Below, piece by piece: positions 40,901 to 56,400 of a stretch of DNA of 64,000 nucleotides; the first letter of the stretch is position 1; every line of letters begins with the position of its first letter. The translations under genes were made by a program, and so were the position numbers. The stretch spans positions 12,212,352-12,276,351 of the forward strand of contig NC_092678.1 of the NCBI RefSeq assembly GCF_964355755.1, given 5' to 3'. The notes below the pieces were generated by a model. It was not told the DNA's origin. It was given only the letters and a program-made list of their open reading frames with translations, and made no database searches. Origin of the DNA: Antedon mediterranea (taxonomy: Eukaryota; Animalia; Echinodermata).

Positions 40901-43900
40901 GTACGGTGGAACAGTACTAGTCCCTCAGTTGTACGCACGCGCACCAGAGATCAAATTGATACGCCCTTATCTTTCAGTATTTTTATTCACAATGCGGGAT
41001 CTCCGAAGAGATACTTTTATATATATAACATTAATTCTAAACCGACCGGTGATATACTGATATTTAATTAATTAATTTGAAACGATAAAGATCGGTACCT
41101 TCTGCTTGAACAAGTGCTGTTCCGCCGTACCACTAACGCTAACGATCGAACTTAAGCACTACTAAGCAAACCATGCATATTCTCAAATTAGCACATGTTC
41201 GACCATTGTAGACTCAAAACTGGCTGAAGATCGAGTGTACTGTAATATAATGATATACTTTTATAATTAAGAAATTGACCTTTGTATCAGAATTCAAATA
41301 AGTTCACAAACTTGACCAGATGTTTTAATGACCATTTAGTTTATAATAGAATCCCTAAAGAAAACACTTAGCTTAACTTTGTGACTGTTCCCATCGTAAA
41401 ACAATTAGATATTGACAGTTTTTAGCAGAGATTCGACAGGGCCAATTCATCATTGTAACCTCCCCAGATAAGATCAATCACTCCCACTTAAACACCCCTG
41501 GACCAACTTAGGACCAATCGTTACCCTCACAGATGACGTAGTGACATATGCAAATGAACCGAAGCCAAGATACCCCCAAGTTTCAGAAGAGCCCAGACAC
41601 ACCTTACAGCTACCTCACGGAGCACACACCTTACAGCCACCTCACGGAGCACACACCTCACAGCCACTTCTCCAGAAGCAGACCTACACACTTCACATCT
41701 CACCGACAGTATCACTGATCCTCCGTTCCTTATCCTTAGTCAGTTAGTTAGCTGTATCATTATTATCGTATCAAGTATTATACTGAATAAACAATATATG
41801 TGTTACGACAGTTAAGCGAGTAAGAGTCTTAGTACCTCAACACAACACTATATTACAGTACATCTGGCTTGTGATGCTTGTTCACAAAGGGAACAGTTAT
41901 TTAATAACAAGTTTTAATATGTATGCAACTCCAATAAACAGATAGCTTAAATGTTTTTATTCATAGATTTCTCTAACTGTTGAGCAACTTCCTCCTTTAA
42001 ACATCAACCAAAATTATAATTGTAAATTTGGTGACTTTCAATCATCTGCAATAAAAAATGGAGAAACATTGACTTGTAATTCACCGCCTTTATCACATGT
42101 GCCACAAATACCAACCAGGCAAGGTGAGTTAAACATTATGCTAATATGCTTTACTTTCTGTTTTATTGTTCTTTATTTAATGTAACTGTAGCAGCAGTGG
42201 CTGGTATTTCACACATGGTATGCATTCTTCTCCGTAGGAAGTGTATACTATTTAATAGCTCATAAGGAAATAGGTTTTTGTACACACTATGAAGTATCAT
42301 GCACTCACTACTCTACATTATCAACAAAGGGGATCCCCCAAAGTGACCCTTGTTTCAACCTAGTGATATCTTAAGCTATGTCTACACTATCAAACTAGAT
42401 TAACAAAACAAATATGGTAGTGATATCACATCATTGTCTCCATATATGGGCACATCACATTTTTTGGAAGTCATTTGCACCAAGTATTTAAACCTATCTC
42501 CCTCTGGAAAAGAAAGTAATTAAATATTGCATTGAGGTTTTTTGTAGAGATTTTTGTATTTAATTTTCAATTATTTTGTATTTATCCATGAAATGCATTT
42601 GAAACTAGAGGGTACTCCGAGAGTACAAACCTCCGCCTACTGTAAAATTCCCCTACATAAAATTCCCCCTGAATATATTTTTTTTACATTTTTTTTTATT
42701 AGTTCTAAGTGTAAATATGTTAACTGCACACTACAAAGTTGTGGATGACAGTGTGGTGTAATGGTTATGTGTCCAGCCTCTCACAGTTGAGATCGCTGGT
42801 TCAAGTCCCACTGAGGGTTTTTTTTTTTATTATTATTTTTTTTTTTTTTGTGGACCTTGATCTTTGACCCTGACCCTTCAAAATTTAACCACAATTATAT
42901 GATGTGTCATTGATCATTGTGGCTAAGTTTGGTGAGAATCGGATCAAAACTGTGGTCTCTAGGCAGTAAAATAGTTTTTTGTTAGTTGTGACCTTGACCT
43001 ATGACCTTTCCCCCTCAAATTCGAACTCGTCCGAGCTTTTTGGCCATAGATCATTGTGTCCAAATTTGGTTAGAATCGGATAAAAACTGTGGCCTCCAGG
43101 CTGTTCACAGACACACACACAAACACACAAACACACAAACACACAAACACACACACAAACATACAGGGGTGAAAACATAACCTCCTTGGCGGAGGTAATT
43201 AAGGCATAGGCCTACACAGTAGCTAACCTTTAAATAATTTGTTTACAGCCTTTGTAGATGTTATTTTATCAGTTCACTCATCCGTAACTGATGTTGATTT
43301 TGTTTCCACTGAATTCACATTCTTTGACTGCAGTGCCATTACGTCGTAAGTACTGATTGTTCTGACTGAATTTTTTTATAAGCATGTGTAATAAATAAAC
43401 ATTTTAAAAATATTTTAAATTTCACTACTTTAACTATCAAATTTGTGACACATTATTTTAAGAAAATTAATGTTTATTTAGTTTCTACTGTACCAGGATA
43501 TAATGTACATAAACTGTAATCTGTAAGTATAGGAAATAAATAATACAATATTGATAATATTGTTGTAATGGGACAGTTGTAATTTTATAATATATAGATG
43601 GTACTGTACAAAGCATACGAGATTGGTTCCTTAAATTTCAAATATATTTTGGATTGTGAACATAACAAATATTGATAGCTGTGAGGGAATTAATAAACAG
43701 AGTCAAATATTTAAAACCATAATATGTCAACACTTAATTATCATTCTTTATTCTTCCGTATTTGAAATCAGATATACAATATCTCATTGAAGTTAACCAA
43801 TAAAACTTAGTTTTAAGACAGTTTTGCCACAAGGAACTATCAACTCGTCAGTTCTGGGTTGTGTTTAGTTTATTTGTATTACATTAGGCCCTATTTATAA

Positions 43901-46900
43901 TCAAATAAAAGAAAGTCCCCTTAATCGACTTGAGTTTGTAAGGCAATGACATACTATTTTTAATCATCTTTATTCTTATAATTTGTAATTATTTTTTGAA
44001 AATTAAAATACTATCAATCAGGCTCTTGGGTTGGTCCAACATTTCTAGAAAATCTAGAAAATTCTTAATTAAACTTGTCAGCTTCTCTTATTTGTGTTTG
44101 CTGTCACTGAAACCAGAACTGTAAACCTTATCTATTATTTGTTTGTTGAAAAACAAATATGTGAAACTGAATGAATTGGACTCTTAAAATTGAGAAGAAT
44201 ATAAACTTCATCAAACTGTGATGCATTGGCACTGGTCAGGCCATTACCTCTACAATCTACAAAATACATTTGTGCTCAGAATTGTTAAATAAATACAATA
44301 GATCATTATGTTAATTCAGCGATTTTGAGACCCTAGGTGTTCCTTTTGTAAGGGTGTTAAACAATAATGCCCATCGTTTTACGTTTTATGTCCCCTGAGG
44401 AGTGGAAAAATGATGAACTATTCGATATAATTATTATCTTTATTAGAATAAAAACATCTTTATATCGGTGGCATGCGTGTCAAACGGTTATATTACATAA
44501 GATAATGATTGGCACATTTGTAGTGCAAAATAAATACATGGTGTTTTACTTTTAACAATATTGTTTTGATTTTATTCTCAATACTGTAGTTGTTCTGAAT
44601 GTGTTTCAAGTTTTACTTGTGATTGGTGTGTCTATGACAACAAATGTACCCATAATGCATCAACATTCTGCACAGCAGACGACAACATTATTTTGAATGG
44701 AAATGTAAGTAATACTTGTTTTCTTTTTTTTGTGCTGTATAATCAAATGGAACTTGTATTGCTCAAATAAGCACTTTTCGAGACAACATGGTTTTGGCTA
44801 ATTGTTTTTGGAAGGGCTTGGTAAGGTGCAAATTGTTGTAGTAATGTTTGCTACCACGGTTCAGTAACAGTTTACATTTGATCTTCTACTGTTATCAGTG
44901 TGAAGAACAAACAGACAAATAACTATTTTTTGTAATTATTGAATTCAAAATGTTTAATGGCAGTATTGTTATAATATCACTTATAAGCTATTGTTTAAAT
45001 ATGTAGGCAGCATCACCACCAAATGGGTTTCAAGGTCAAGGGTCATGTCCACAAATTTATCAACCAAATGAGGAACTTATTCATGCAAATATACGGAAAG
45101 AAGTCATAATACCAATTAAAAATGTACCAAATGCAACAAAGGTAAATATTTAAAGTTTTTTTTTTTTCTCTTTCGTGGGGGTCACCCACATTTATTCATT
45201 CCTTTTACAAATATATATTATATAACATACATACATTTTCGTAAAAATATAAAACAATAAAATTCAATATAGTAGTTAAAAAGGCACTATATCTATACAT
45301 GTAGGCCTACATAAAATCGATGGAGTAAAAGTATGCTTTAAAAATGTACATTTTATGTTTATTGCAAGTTATAGTAAAAGTACGACTATTTATCATTTAA
45401 ATTTACTTTATATTAAGAAATGTATTAAAAATTAGCTGTTTCTTTTATTATATTTTAAATCAGTACTCACAATTTGTATGTTTCCTTTTTTCTTTTGACC
45501 TTATATTACATCCATTACAATATATACACCCATACACACATTAATAGACCTATTTACATTTACGAATCAGTTTAATATAGTTATTATACACACATTATAT
45601 GCTACCTTTTATGTTTTGGCCTTGTATAACATTTGTTTCATTCCACTATTTCAAAACGTTAAAGTTCTGTTCTTACTATGTTGCCCATTTACATTTGTTT
45701 GTTTACTTATATGTTTGACCGTGTGTTTCAGTCTATGTTTTACCCTAATACATTTATTTCTAGCATGTATTAGTTTTAGTATAGGCCTAGGTTTGTTAGT
45801 TTTATAATATATGGCTTTATTATAGGTATGACCTTATGTTTAGCATTATTTCATATATAGAATATTATCATAGCAGATGTACGTGTTACAATTATGTGTT
45901 CCGCCTAAACTTAATTCAATTGATTTATTACATTCTTACATAACTTTATAGCTATTAGTACAGTTTTAATTTTCCATCATATGAATGTTTATATAATATA
46001 TACACTACAGCTTGTACTAGTTTTATATTTTTCTTATTTTATAAATTCTAATAATTTAATTTTAACATCATTCCATTTTATAACTGATTTATACTGATTA
46101 CATGCGTATTCATTTTCTATAAGATTTTTTAATTCAAACTTAAACATATTCAAGATACTTTTTGATTCGTTACCCATAATGTTATCTAATAAACAAAGAC
46201 TTATGCGGGATTTGTAGATACAAAACGTAAAGATAGATGTTAGTTCATTTTACAAGTTTATCTTTGGAATCAGTAACTATATCAAACCAATGTATTGGAG
46301 TTTCATTAGGAAAGCATTCAATAATAAGATTATTGAATTTTCTCCAAACTGGCTTAATCACTTTACACTTAAGTAACATATGTTCTTCGTTTTCTATCAC
46401 ATTCTTACATCTATCGCAAATATTAGTTTTAGACAATTTCCAAATATGTAATCTTTTATTACAAACAAGTATGCGATGTAAAAGTTTAAAATTGAATTGC
46501 GCAACTTTTACCATTATGTTTCATATCTTTGACTTTATTATTCAATATTTTGTTCCATACCATAATCTTATTTAAAAACTCTGTTTCCCATTTTACCTGG
46601 GAGATTGGCACTGTCTTTAATTCAATTATAAACGTATCATAAAAACCTGTTTTAACATTTGATTTGAATAATTCATTTTTAATATCAACATTAACTTGTT
46701 CTTTCTCTATTCTATGTCGTGCCAATACTTCCTTCCATTCAATAGGAATAGCATTCATGAGTATTCTATTATCCCATTATGCTTTACTAATAACGTGGGA
46801 ATTAAATCTTTAAGACTTACAATTGTGTTATTGAACAAAATGTCACCAATTGTTTTATAGCCCGACTTTAACCAATCTTTGAAGTATAAATACTCTCCGT

Positions 46901-47435
46901 CTGACAGTATATGTTTATTTTCCCACAAGGTTTGAGATTTAATTTTCTGTACATTTTGAGGATCTAACATTTCAATATTATTTATTTTCACAATTGCATT
47001 AATCATATTTAAATAAAATTCAGGCATAATTTGTAATTGTTTATGCTCTTCAAAATTAAGCTTACTTATCTCTAATGTACATTCTATAGGGTACATGTAA
47101 TATTTTGGAATACATTTCCAATTGCCTGGGTCTGGGCTAAAGCCGAATTTCCACTAGGTGAATTTGTTCGCGCGAATCGAAAGCGCCAGCTTGTACGCGT
47201 GCGTATTCATGTTTATATTTTCGAAATCCTTCTCTACGCATGCGTACTAGCTGACGCCTTCGATTCGCGCGAACAAATTCGCCTAGTGGAAAATCGGCTT
47301 TAGTAGTCTCTTAACCCAGTTTAGCTTTAACGAGTTCACAACTACAAAAAAATCAATCATATTAACCCCTCCTTCTTCTATTTTATTAGTTGCGTGGACG
47401 TGACTCTATAGTTCACTATGTCGGTCGGTTGGTCG

Positions 47436-47470
<35 letters not shown>

Positions 47471-50400
47471 GGTCTGTCTGTCGGTCTGTCTGTCTGTCTG
47501 TCGGTCCGGTATCACTATGCGTTTTATCGCTTTCTGACCTTATCTTGATATCAGTTTAATCTAGCTAGGTCAATTTTTCACAGTATATTTCTTATGGCCA
47601 GGAATCAATGTGGTTATGTTTTCACGGTGCGCAATAAAAAATTACGCGGTCTACGCACGATTTAACGAAATCACGTTTGTAATCATATCTTCAGAACCAT
47701 GAATCACAATTAAATAAAATTTGGTACTCATAAATTTCAGGGCATAAATCATCATATGGCAATACAATTACGTGCGTAGCGCATGTAACGCATGCGTACG
47801 CGCGCTTAACATTTTCAAAATTTATTTTCGATGAAATAAGAGTACGTTTCAGGCAATTTTAAGCGTTTACAAAATTGCCATGAGTGCGCAGATTTTTGCG
47901 CGCGCACTGCGCGTTAAATGTTATTGCGCACTCTTTTTGCCCGATTTCTGTTTTCTTGACTTACTTTTCAACTCGAAATTACGTTATACGAGCACGTCAA
48001 AAGTGACAGGCTACGCACGTGTAAATTAAAAAAATATAAATGTTTTTAAACATTTCAACATTTTTAAACATGTTCAGTAATTTCGGTCAGTATAGTTCAC
48101 TATGTCGGTCGGTCGGTCGGTCTGTCTGTCTGTCGGTCTGTCGGTCTGTCGGTCTGTCGGTCTGTCTGTCGGTCCGGTATCACTATGCATTGTAGCACGT
48201 GACTTAATGGCTGTTGGCCTTGTTTATAAGTGTTTTCCTCTTAATCTTTTCTTTTTTATTTCACCATAGGAATCTATACAATATCTTCTCTACCATTGGA
48301 AATATATGTTTTGGTACATTGATAATACTAGCATTGTATATTAATTTTGAAATTGCTAGGCTTTCAATTATTATCATTTTCCAAAGAAGGTAAGGTGTCG
48401 TTTTTCCCATAGCCTTAAAGTATGTTCTAAATCCATAATCATTATCATCCCAGTTTTTTTTTCACAAATACCTTTTTTATAGCCTACATAAATTCCGAGG
48501 AATTTCACTGGCTCTTTCGTCCAAGTGATACCACAAGGGGTTGCTAGGTTATTCTGAATTGATCCAATCTAGATTCCTTTACATTTTCATTTATTTAGCT
48601 TCAACCCTGAAATTATTATTACAAAATGCATTGATTTCAGTGAAAAAATATTTTAAGCTATTTTCACCTGTTGTAACAATCACAGTGTCATCAGCGAGCT
48701 GAGCTATTTTCACAATATTATCAATATCTTTATTCTCGGGTAATTCAATTCCCTTACACAATGGATTATTCCTTATATTTATTGCCATTACCTCGACTAC
48801 AACAGTAAACTAGAAAGCCACTGCAAGAGTGCATACCTCCGCCTACTGTAAAATTCTCCTACATAAGATTTCTCCGGTAAAAAAAAAAAATATATATATT
48901 TGTGTGTGTCTTAATGCTGTTTGTGATTTAGGCTAATTTCACTACAAGCATGTGTATGCGAGTTTGGTGTAATGGTTATGTAACAAGCCTTTCAATTAAC
49001 AATAGCTTCAGTTGACTAACAATAGAACAGCAACGCGAAAATCAAACGAGTGAATTTGAAAATAAAATAGGTTTTTTAAACTACTGGCATCAAAAAATGT
49101 GAACATTAAATCAAATTATGTTTTAAAATTACAAATCACAAATTATAACTCTTGCCTCTTGTACAAAAATTAAGTTTTTTGGACAAGGAATTGATGATGA
49201 GCTCGTAACAGACACACACATCGGCTATCTGATCCGTCAATAATGATACTTAAAATACAGCCATCTATTAAAAAACCAACTCACATTTGAATATATATAT
49301 ATAAACGGTGAATACAACTGCACGTCAACATGAGCCGAGAAAGAAGAAATAACAAAAAAGATAAAGAAAAAGATCGAGTTCTACTAGCCCCAGAATCATC
49401 AACTCTTGACTCTGAATGCGGGGACCCTGACGGAACCGAAGCAACAGAAGTGGGTATGCTGAGGCGGGAACTTCGAACATTTCAAACCATCATCAAGGGT
49501 AAGCTAAACTCGATCATTTTAAATCAAGAGGCCTTACTTAAACGAATTGACAAGATCGAACATAAACAAACGGAACTAGAAAAATCGATCGCATTTACCA
49601 GTGATTCAATCGTAGAGATAGAGAAGAAAATCGTATCATTTTGTACGGACATTGAAGCGGTTAAGACATCAATGGACGCCGACCGGAACAACGTCACATT
49701 ACTTCAAAATCAAATCCTTAAACTTGAGAGATACACTAGAAGTTTTAATTTGAGATTCGGTGGAATTAAAGAAAGTATAGATGAAATTCCAATTGAGAAA
49801 ATTAATGAAATTATAAAGAACGATCTGAAACTACCGAACATTACAGTCGAAAATGCCCACCGTACAGGCAAACCCCGTACTTCACCGACCGGAGCACCTA
49901 GACATATTATCGCTAAATTCCTGTTTCGACCGCAACGCTACCAAGTACTGATGCAAGCCAAAACAGGTCATGTGTTGAAAAATAAGGGGATCTTCGTACT
50001 AGAGGACTTACCAGAAACTGACCTTAAAAAGAAACGTAATCTCAGAGAAATAATGGCAAAAGCATACGGAGAAAGGAAACGACCAGTGTTTAGAAACGGG
50101 AACCTCTATATTAACGGAAAACTCCACTCATAAGCCGTTCATACGACTTTTGTTTTTTGTCAACAAAGTCTTCGTAAAAACTACGATGTATGTAAACAAT
50201 CAATTACATTTGCATATGAAAGGGTGTCTCCTGTCAAACGTGTTATTGTTCTCACCTACTATTACGCCACAATTAAGTAACAATCATTTGCATACAGATG
50301 AGAGAATGTCCCATGTCAAACACATATTGCTGCCATACTACCACTGTATGTAAACAAACCAGCTAATCAATTACTAAAGTAACCTAATCCAAGACACATT

Positions 50401-53400
50401 GGGATACAGGTGAGAGTATGTTCCAGTCTATAACGAACATGTGATTGTCTAGTTAATTGTACGTACTATCTAGAAAATGGCTGAAATAGTACCGGTATGT
50501 TTATATTGCTGCTTCTTTTTTTTTTTTATATTTTATATAATACATCTGTATTATAACTATATAATGTACCGACGTACTGTGTATTATTATTTATGTTATG
50601 TCTTTGAGTTTCTCATTGACGTAAACATGACGGATACACTAGATAGGCCTAGATAGTTATCTTATTACTCTACTGTATAAACATCTGTTACAGTATATAG
50701 TAATATTTTTTAATTAAACTTATTTATTTTATTTATTTATTTTTTTTAAACTATATATATATATTTATTTATTTATTTTTTATTTTTTTCTTTTTCTTTT
50801 TATTAATGTTACCTTTTTTAAGCAATACTACTGATGATGATGATGAAGATCTCAATCCCTATCTTAAGTATAATGAATCTAAATACTACCATGTTGAAGA
50901 ATTTAGACAAATTTCAAACATATCAGATGATGTTTCTTTTCTGTCACTTAACTGTCGTAGTATCGTCAACAAGTTTGACCAGTTCTCACAATTTATTGAC
51001 TCACTTAATTATAAGTTCTCTGTCATTGCCCTTCAAGAGACATGGTTGAGCGATAATGATGAAGTTTCATTTTTTAACTTGCCGAACTATGTGCTTGTAA
51101 ATCGTAATCGTACGGGTAGACGGGGCGGAGGCGTAGCTCTATATATTTCTGACAATTTGTGTTACAAACCACGAGATGATTTATCTAAATTAATTACTGA
51201 AGCTGAATCCTTATTCATAGATATAATAATTGACGGGAAATATATTTCAGCTGGGGTCATTTATAGACCACCTGAATCTAAAATCAGTATATTTAATAAT
51301 CAATTTACAGAAGTTATGAATATAATTACCAAAGAAAAGACGCACTCATACCTTATGGGCGACTTTAATCTCGACCTTAACCTATACCATTCAAACTGTA
51401 ATGTTCAATGTCATGTGGACGCCACTGTTTCCAATTCTTTCTTGCCCCTGATTAATAAACCGACTCGTGTAACAGAAAATACATCTTCTATTATTGATAA
51501 TATATATAGTAATTCTACAAATAATCACAATATCAATACTGGAATTATTTACACAGATATATCAGATCATTATCCTATATTTGCAATCACAAAATCTGAG
51601 AATCGTAAAAAAAATACAAAACAGTCATTTATTTTAAAACGCACTTATTTCCACCAGCAAGTCGAATCCTTTAAGGAAGACTTGGCAATTGAAAACTGGC
51701 AACCTGTCCTAAGAACAGAAGATGCAAACATTGCATATTCAACATTTGCTCACAACTTCAAACATTTAATTGATAAAAACTTTCCTTTGAAAAAAATTAA
51801 GGCAAAAGCAAATAAAGATCGATCTCCATGGATCACCGAGGCCATAGCAAAGTCAATAACAACTAAGGGCAGGTTGTATAGTTCATACAGAAAAAATCCC
51901 ACTCCCTCAAATAAACTGAAATATACTAAATACAGAAACAAACTTACAGCACTTATTAAGAAACGAAAAGAAGAATACTACTTTACTCAATTTGAAAATA
52001 ATAAAAGTAATACCAAAAAGACATGGAAAACGATTAACACTATAATGGGAAGGACAAAAACACGACAACTACCACCAACAATAAATCATGACTTTAAGCA
52101 ATTTAACACCCCCTCAGAAAAAGCAAATGCGTTTAATACTTATTTCACAAGCATTGGAGAAACGTTGGCAAAACGAATCTCACAAGAACCACAAATAACA
52201 GAATCATCTTCGTATTTAACAGGAAACTATGTTAATTCTATGTTTCTAAGACCTGTTACTGAGGATGAAATTAAAACTCTCCTCGAAAATTTGGAAACTA
52301 ATAAAACACCTGGGCACGATGACATTGGAGCACTATATCTAAAACCATACTCAAACTATCTTAAACGACCGATTACTCATTTGATCAACATATCACTCGC
52401 CACCGGTTGTTTTCCGGACGAACTTAAAATTGCAAAAACAATACCTATCTTCAAGAACGGAGATAAATCAGAAATTAACAATTACCGTCCCATATCTATA
52501 CTGCCATGTCTTTCGAAGGTTTATGAACGGGTTGTTAGCAATCAAACTATTTCATTCCTAAATAAGAACAATGTACTTAATAAATCACAATATGGTTTCC
52601 GACAACAACATTCTACTATTCACGCATTATTAGATACATTTGAAAAAATTACCTCTGCAATCGAACAAAAATGCTTTATGATAGGAATATTTTTAGATTT
52701 ATCAAAAGCGTTCGATTCAATGGATCATCACATTTTATTACAGAAGATGAGACATTACGGTATCAGAGGTGTCGTTTTAGATTGGTTTAAGAGTTACTTA
52801 TCAACTAGAAAACAATTTGTAAACGTAGAAGGTAAAAAATCAGAAACCAAATACATTAAGTACGGTGTTCCACAGGGGTCCATTCTTGGACCCTTACTAT
52901 TCCTGATTTTTATAAATGATATGCCATTTGCCTGTAGAAACACAAACGTTATTATGTATGCAGATGACACTAATGTGTTCCTGCAACACAATGATATTAC
53001 AAGAGCATTCGATATTTTAAACTATGAAATGGCATGTCTTTCTAACTGGTTTATTGCAAATAGATTAACTGTGAACACCAAAAAAACGAATTATATTGTA
53101 TTTACTAGTAGAAATGTAAAAATTGACACGTCAAATCTAACTTTGCTAATTAATACTGATATTATAGAACGAGTAAATCAAACAAAGTTTCTTGGTGTTC
53201 ATCTAGATGAGAAATTATCATTTGCATATCATATAAATTCAATCGCAAAGAAAGTTTCAACAGCTATAGGCACCATGAATAAAATAAAATGCGTACTCCC
53301 ATACGAAATCCTATTAAAAATATACAACTCTCTCATATTACCTAACCTAACATATGCCATAACACTATGGGGATCTACTAATCAAACTATTTTAAATCGT

Positions 53401-56400
53401 CTTTATATTTTACAAAAGAAAGCACTTAGAAATGTTTGCAACGTTCCTTTTCATCATCCTTCTCTACCACTCTTTGCCCGCACAAAAACATTAAAATTAT
53501 CTGAGCTGTACCAAAAAAGTGTTGCGATACTCATGTTTAAGTTTCATCATAAGAAGTTGCCTATTACTTTTGACTCTTTCTTTGCTACAAACAATTCCAA
53601 ACATAATTATGAGACAAGGGCTAAAGACAATTTAAGCACTGCTTTCAAAAGGACCCTATTGGGCCAACAAAGTGTCACATACAGAGGCACTAATGTGTGG
53701 AACTCACTACCCAATGACATTAAAATGTCAACCAGTATTGGTATGTTCAAACATAAAATTCATGATATGTTTGTCACCAGTTATCTTTATTTTTAAGCTA
53801 CTGGTTAATTCATTTTCTCTCGACATTTGATTTGTTATTATCACTGCATTATTTCCATTGTTAGTATTTTATCGTTACAATTAATATGGTACATTATACA
53901 GTTTTTATCTATTTATTTAATTATTTATCTATTTCAATTTCAATTTTGTTTGTTTTGTTTTGTTTGTTTTTTTTTCTCGTTTTAAGGGGCTTTGCGTCTA
54001 AAGCATTAGCTTACAGCTTAACCCCGTTCACAACCTCAATTAATTTTGCATGTACTTTGTATTATCTGAGATTGTGAATAAAGTTATATATATTAAGTAG
54101 TTCTCGAGAAAATGCAATTTCAGTATACTTGTTACTTTAAGACTGCTCGCCGGCTTTTGAAAAATTCTGTCCTATCTTTTAACACTAGCAGGTCTGAAAA
54201 GTATACTAAAAAGTGGTCCAGAATTGGGACAATGTTCCCAAAATTTAATGGAATGGTCCTTGACCACATATCTATCTGTATATTCATTTTGGTAAAGATC
54301 TTGTAATTACTTTTTGAGTAATCCTGCTAACAAACAAACAAACAAATGAAAGCACTCAGAGTGAAGTACTTGGCAAAATATATCCACTGACTGGGAGCAT
54401 GTTGAAAGATACAATTTTTGCTTTAGGTATTATCTTTACATGGTTAAAATACTGATAAGGTTAATAATTTGTTTAAATAATTTTTAATGCAAACAATTCC
54501 GGCATTGCAACAATGACCTTTCTAAAATCAAGTTTGACCAGAATAATGGTCGAGGAGTGTCTTGAAGCTGTACCGATTTGCGGCGCCTCTGCCTTAACCC
54601 ATGTAGTAATATATCAATTTACCTGAAAATCAATAGGCATGTTCTGTAAGTATATACCTGATGAAATAAGGAAGGACACACGCTGGTGCTAACAAAACTA
54701 CTTATCAACTTACAATAGTTTAATTTGAATAACAATAGAACAGCAACGCCAAAAACAAACGGGTGAATTTGAAAAGAAATAGGTTTTTTAAAACTACTCG
54801 TATCAATAAACTTGTACATTAAATCAAATTATGTTTTGAAAATTACAAATCACAATTTATAACTCTTGCCTCTTGTCCAAAAATGAGTTTTTTTAGACAA
54901 GTAGTTGTCGAGAAAATGTAATTTCAGTACACTTGTTACTTTAAGACTGCTCGCCGGCTTTTCAAAATTGTCTCCTATCTTTTAACACTAGCCGGACTGA
55001 CAATAATATCATTTTTATTATTTGTGAAGTTATTAATAAACCAATTTTGTTGATTTTCAATAGGCATGGTCTGAAGGTATATACCTATCTACACCCAAAA
55101 ATGTAGAACGATAACTTGAAAACTGTAGGCGCTATCATGCTAACAAACAAACAAACAAATGAAAGCACTCAGAAACTGAGTGAAATACTTGGCAAAATAT
55201 ATCAACTGACTCGGAGCATGTTGAAAGATACATTTTTTTTGCTTTAGGTATTAGCTTTACATTGTTGAAATCCTGCTGGGGTTAATAATTTGTTTAAATA
55301 AGTTTTTGATACAAACAACTCCGGCATTGCAGCAATGACCTATCTAAAATCAAGATTGACCAGAATAATGATCGAGGAGTGTCTTGAAGCTGTACCGATT
55401 TGCCGCGCCTCTGCCTTAACCCATGTAGTAATATATCAATTTACCTGAAAATCAATAGGCATGTTCTGTAAGTATATACCTGATGAAATAAGGAAGGACA
55501 CACGCTGGTGCTAACAAAACTACTTATCAACTTACAATAGTTTAATTTGAATAACAATAGAACAGCAACGCCAAAAACAAACGGGTGAATTTGAAAAGAA
55601 ATAGGTTTTTTTAAACTACTCGTATAAAAAAGCTGGTACACTGAATCAACTGTTGTTTTAAAACTAAAAAGCACAATTTATAACTCTTGCCTCTTGTACA
55701 AAAATGATGTTTTTTGGACAAGTAGTTCTCGAGAAAATGCAATTTCAGTACACTTGTTACTTTAAGACTGCTCGCCGGCTTTTGAAAATTGTCTCCTATC
55801 TTTTAACACTAGCCGGTCTGAAAATAATATCATTTTTGTTATTTGTGAAGTTATTAATAAACCAATTTTGTTGATTTTCAATAGGCATGGTCTGACAATA
55901 TATACCTATCTACACCCAAAAATTCAGAACGATAACTTGAAAACTGTAGGCGCTATCGTGCTAACAAACAAACAAACAAACATACAAACATACAAACATA
56001 CATACAAACAAAGTGAATACTATACTTGGCAAAATTCTTTTTTGCCAAGTAACAAACTAGCCTTCGCGCATAGCGCGATACTTGGCCAAATCAAAATTGG
56101 CCTCCTGACATTGACCCAATTTTCACCAAAAGTGTGTGTCTTATGCTGTGTGATTTAGGCTAATTTCACTTCAATCATGTGTATACGAGTTTGGTGTACA
56201 GGTTATGTAACCAGCCTTTCAACGAACAATACCTTCAGTCGGCTAACAATAGAACAGCAACGCGAAAAACACACGGGTGAATTTGAAAAGAAATAGGTTT
56301 TGTAAACTACTCGCATCAAAAAACCTCTATATTAAATCTAATTCAGTTTTAAAATTATAAATCACAAATTATAACTCTTGCCTCTTGTACAAAAATGAAG

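Larger units (their letters stand above)
49188..54094 (+). mobile_element. Full-length intact non-LTR retrotransposon (L2/CR1 group, Crack/Daphne-like)
   Basis: Two intact ORFs, AATAAA at 54077 followed by (TA)n. Inserted in the host HINE sequence GGACAAG|TAGTTCTCG with AAG at both junctions. Confidence 0.9.
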
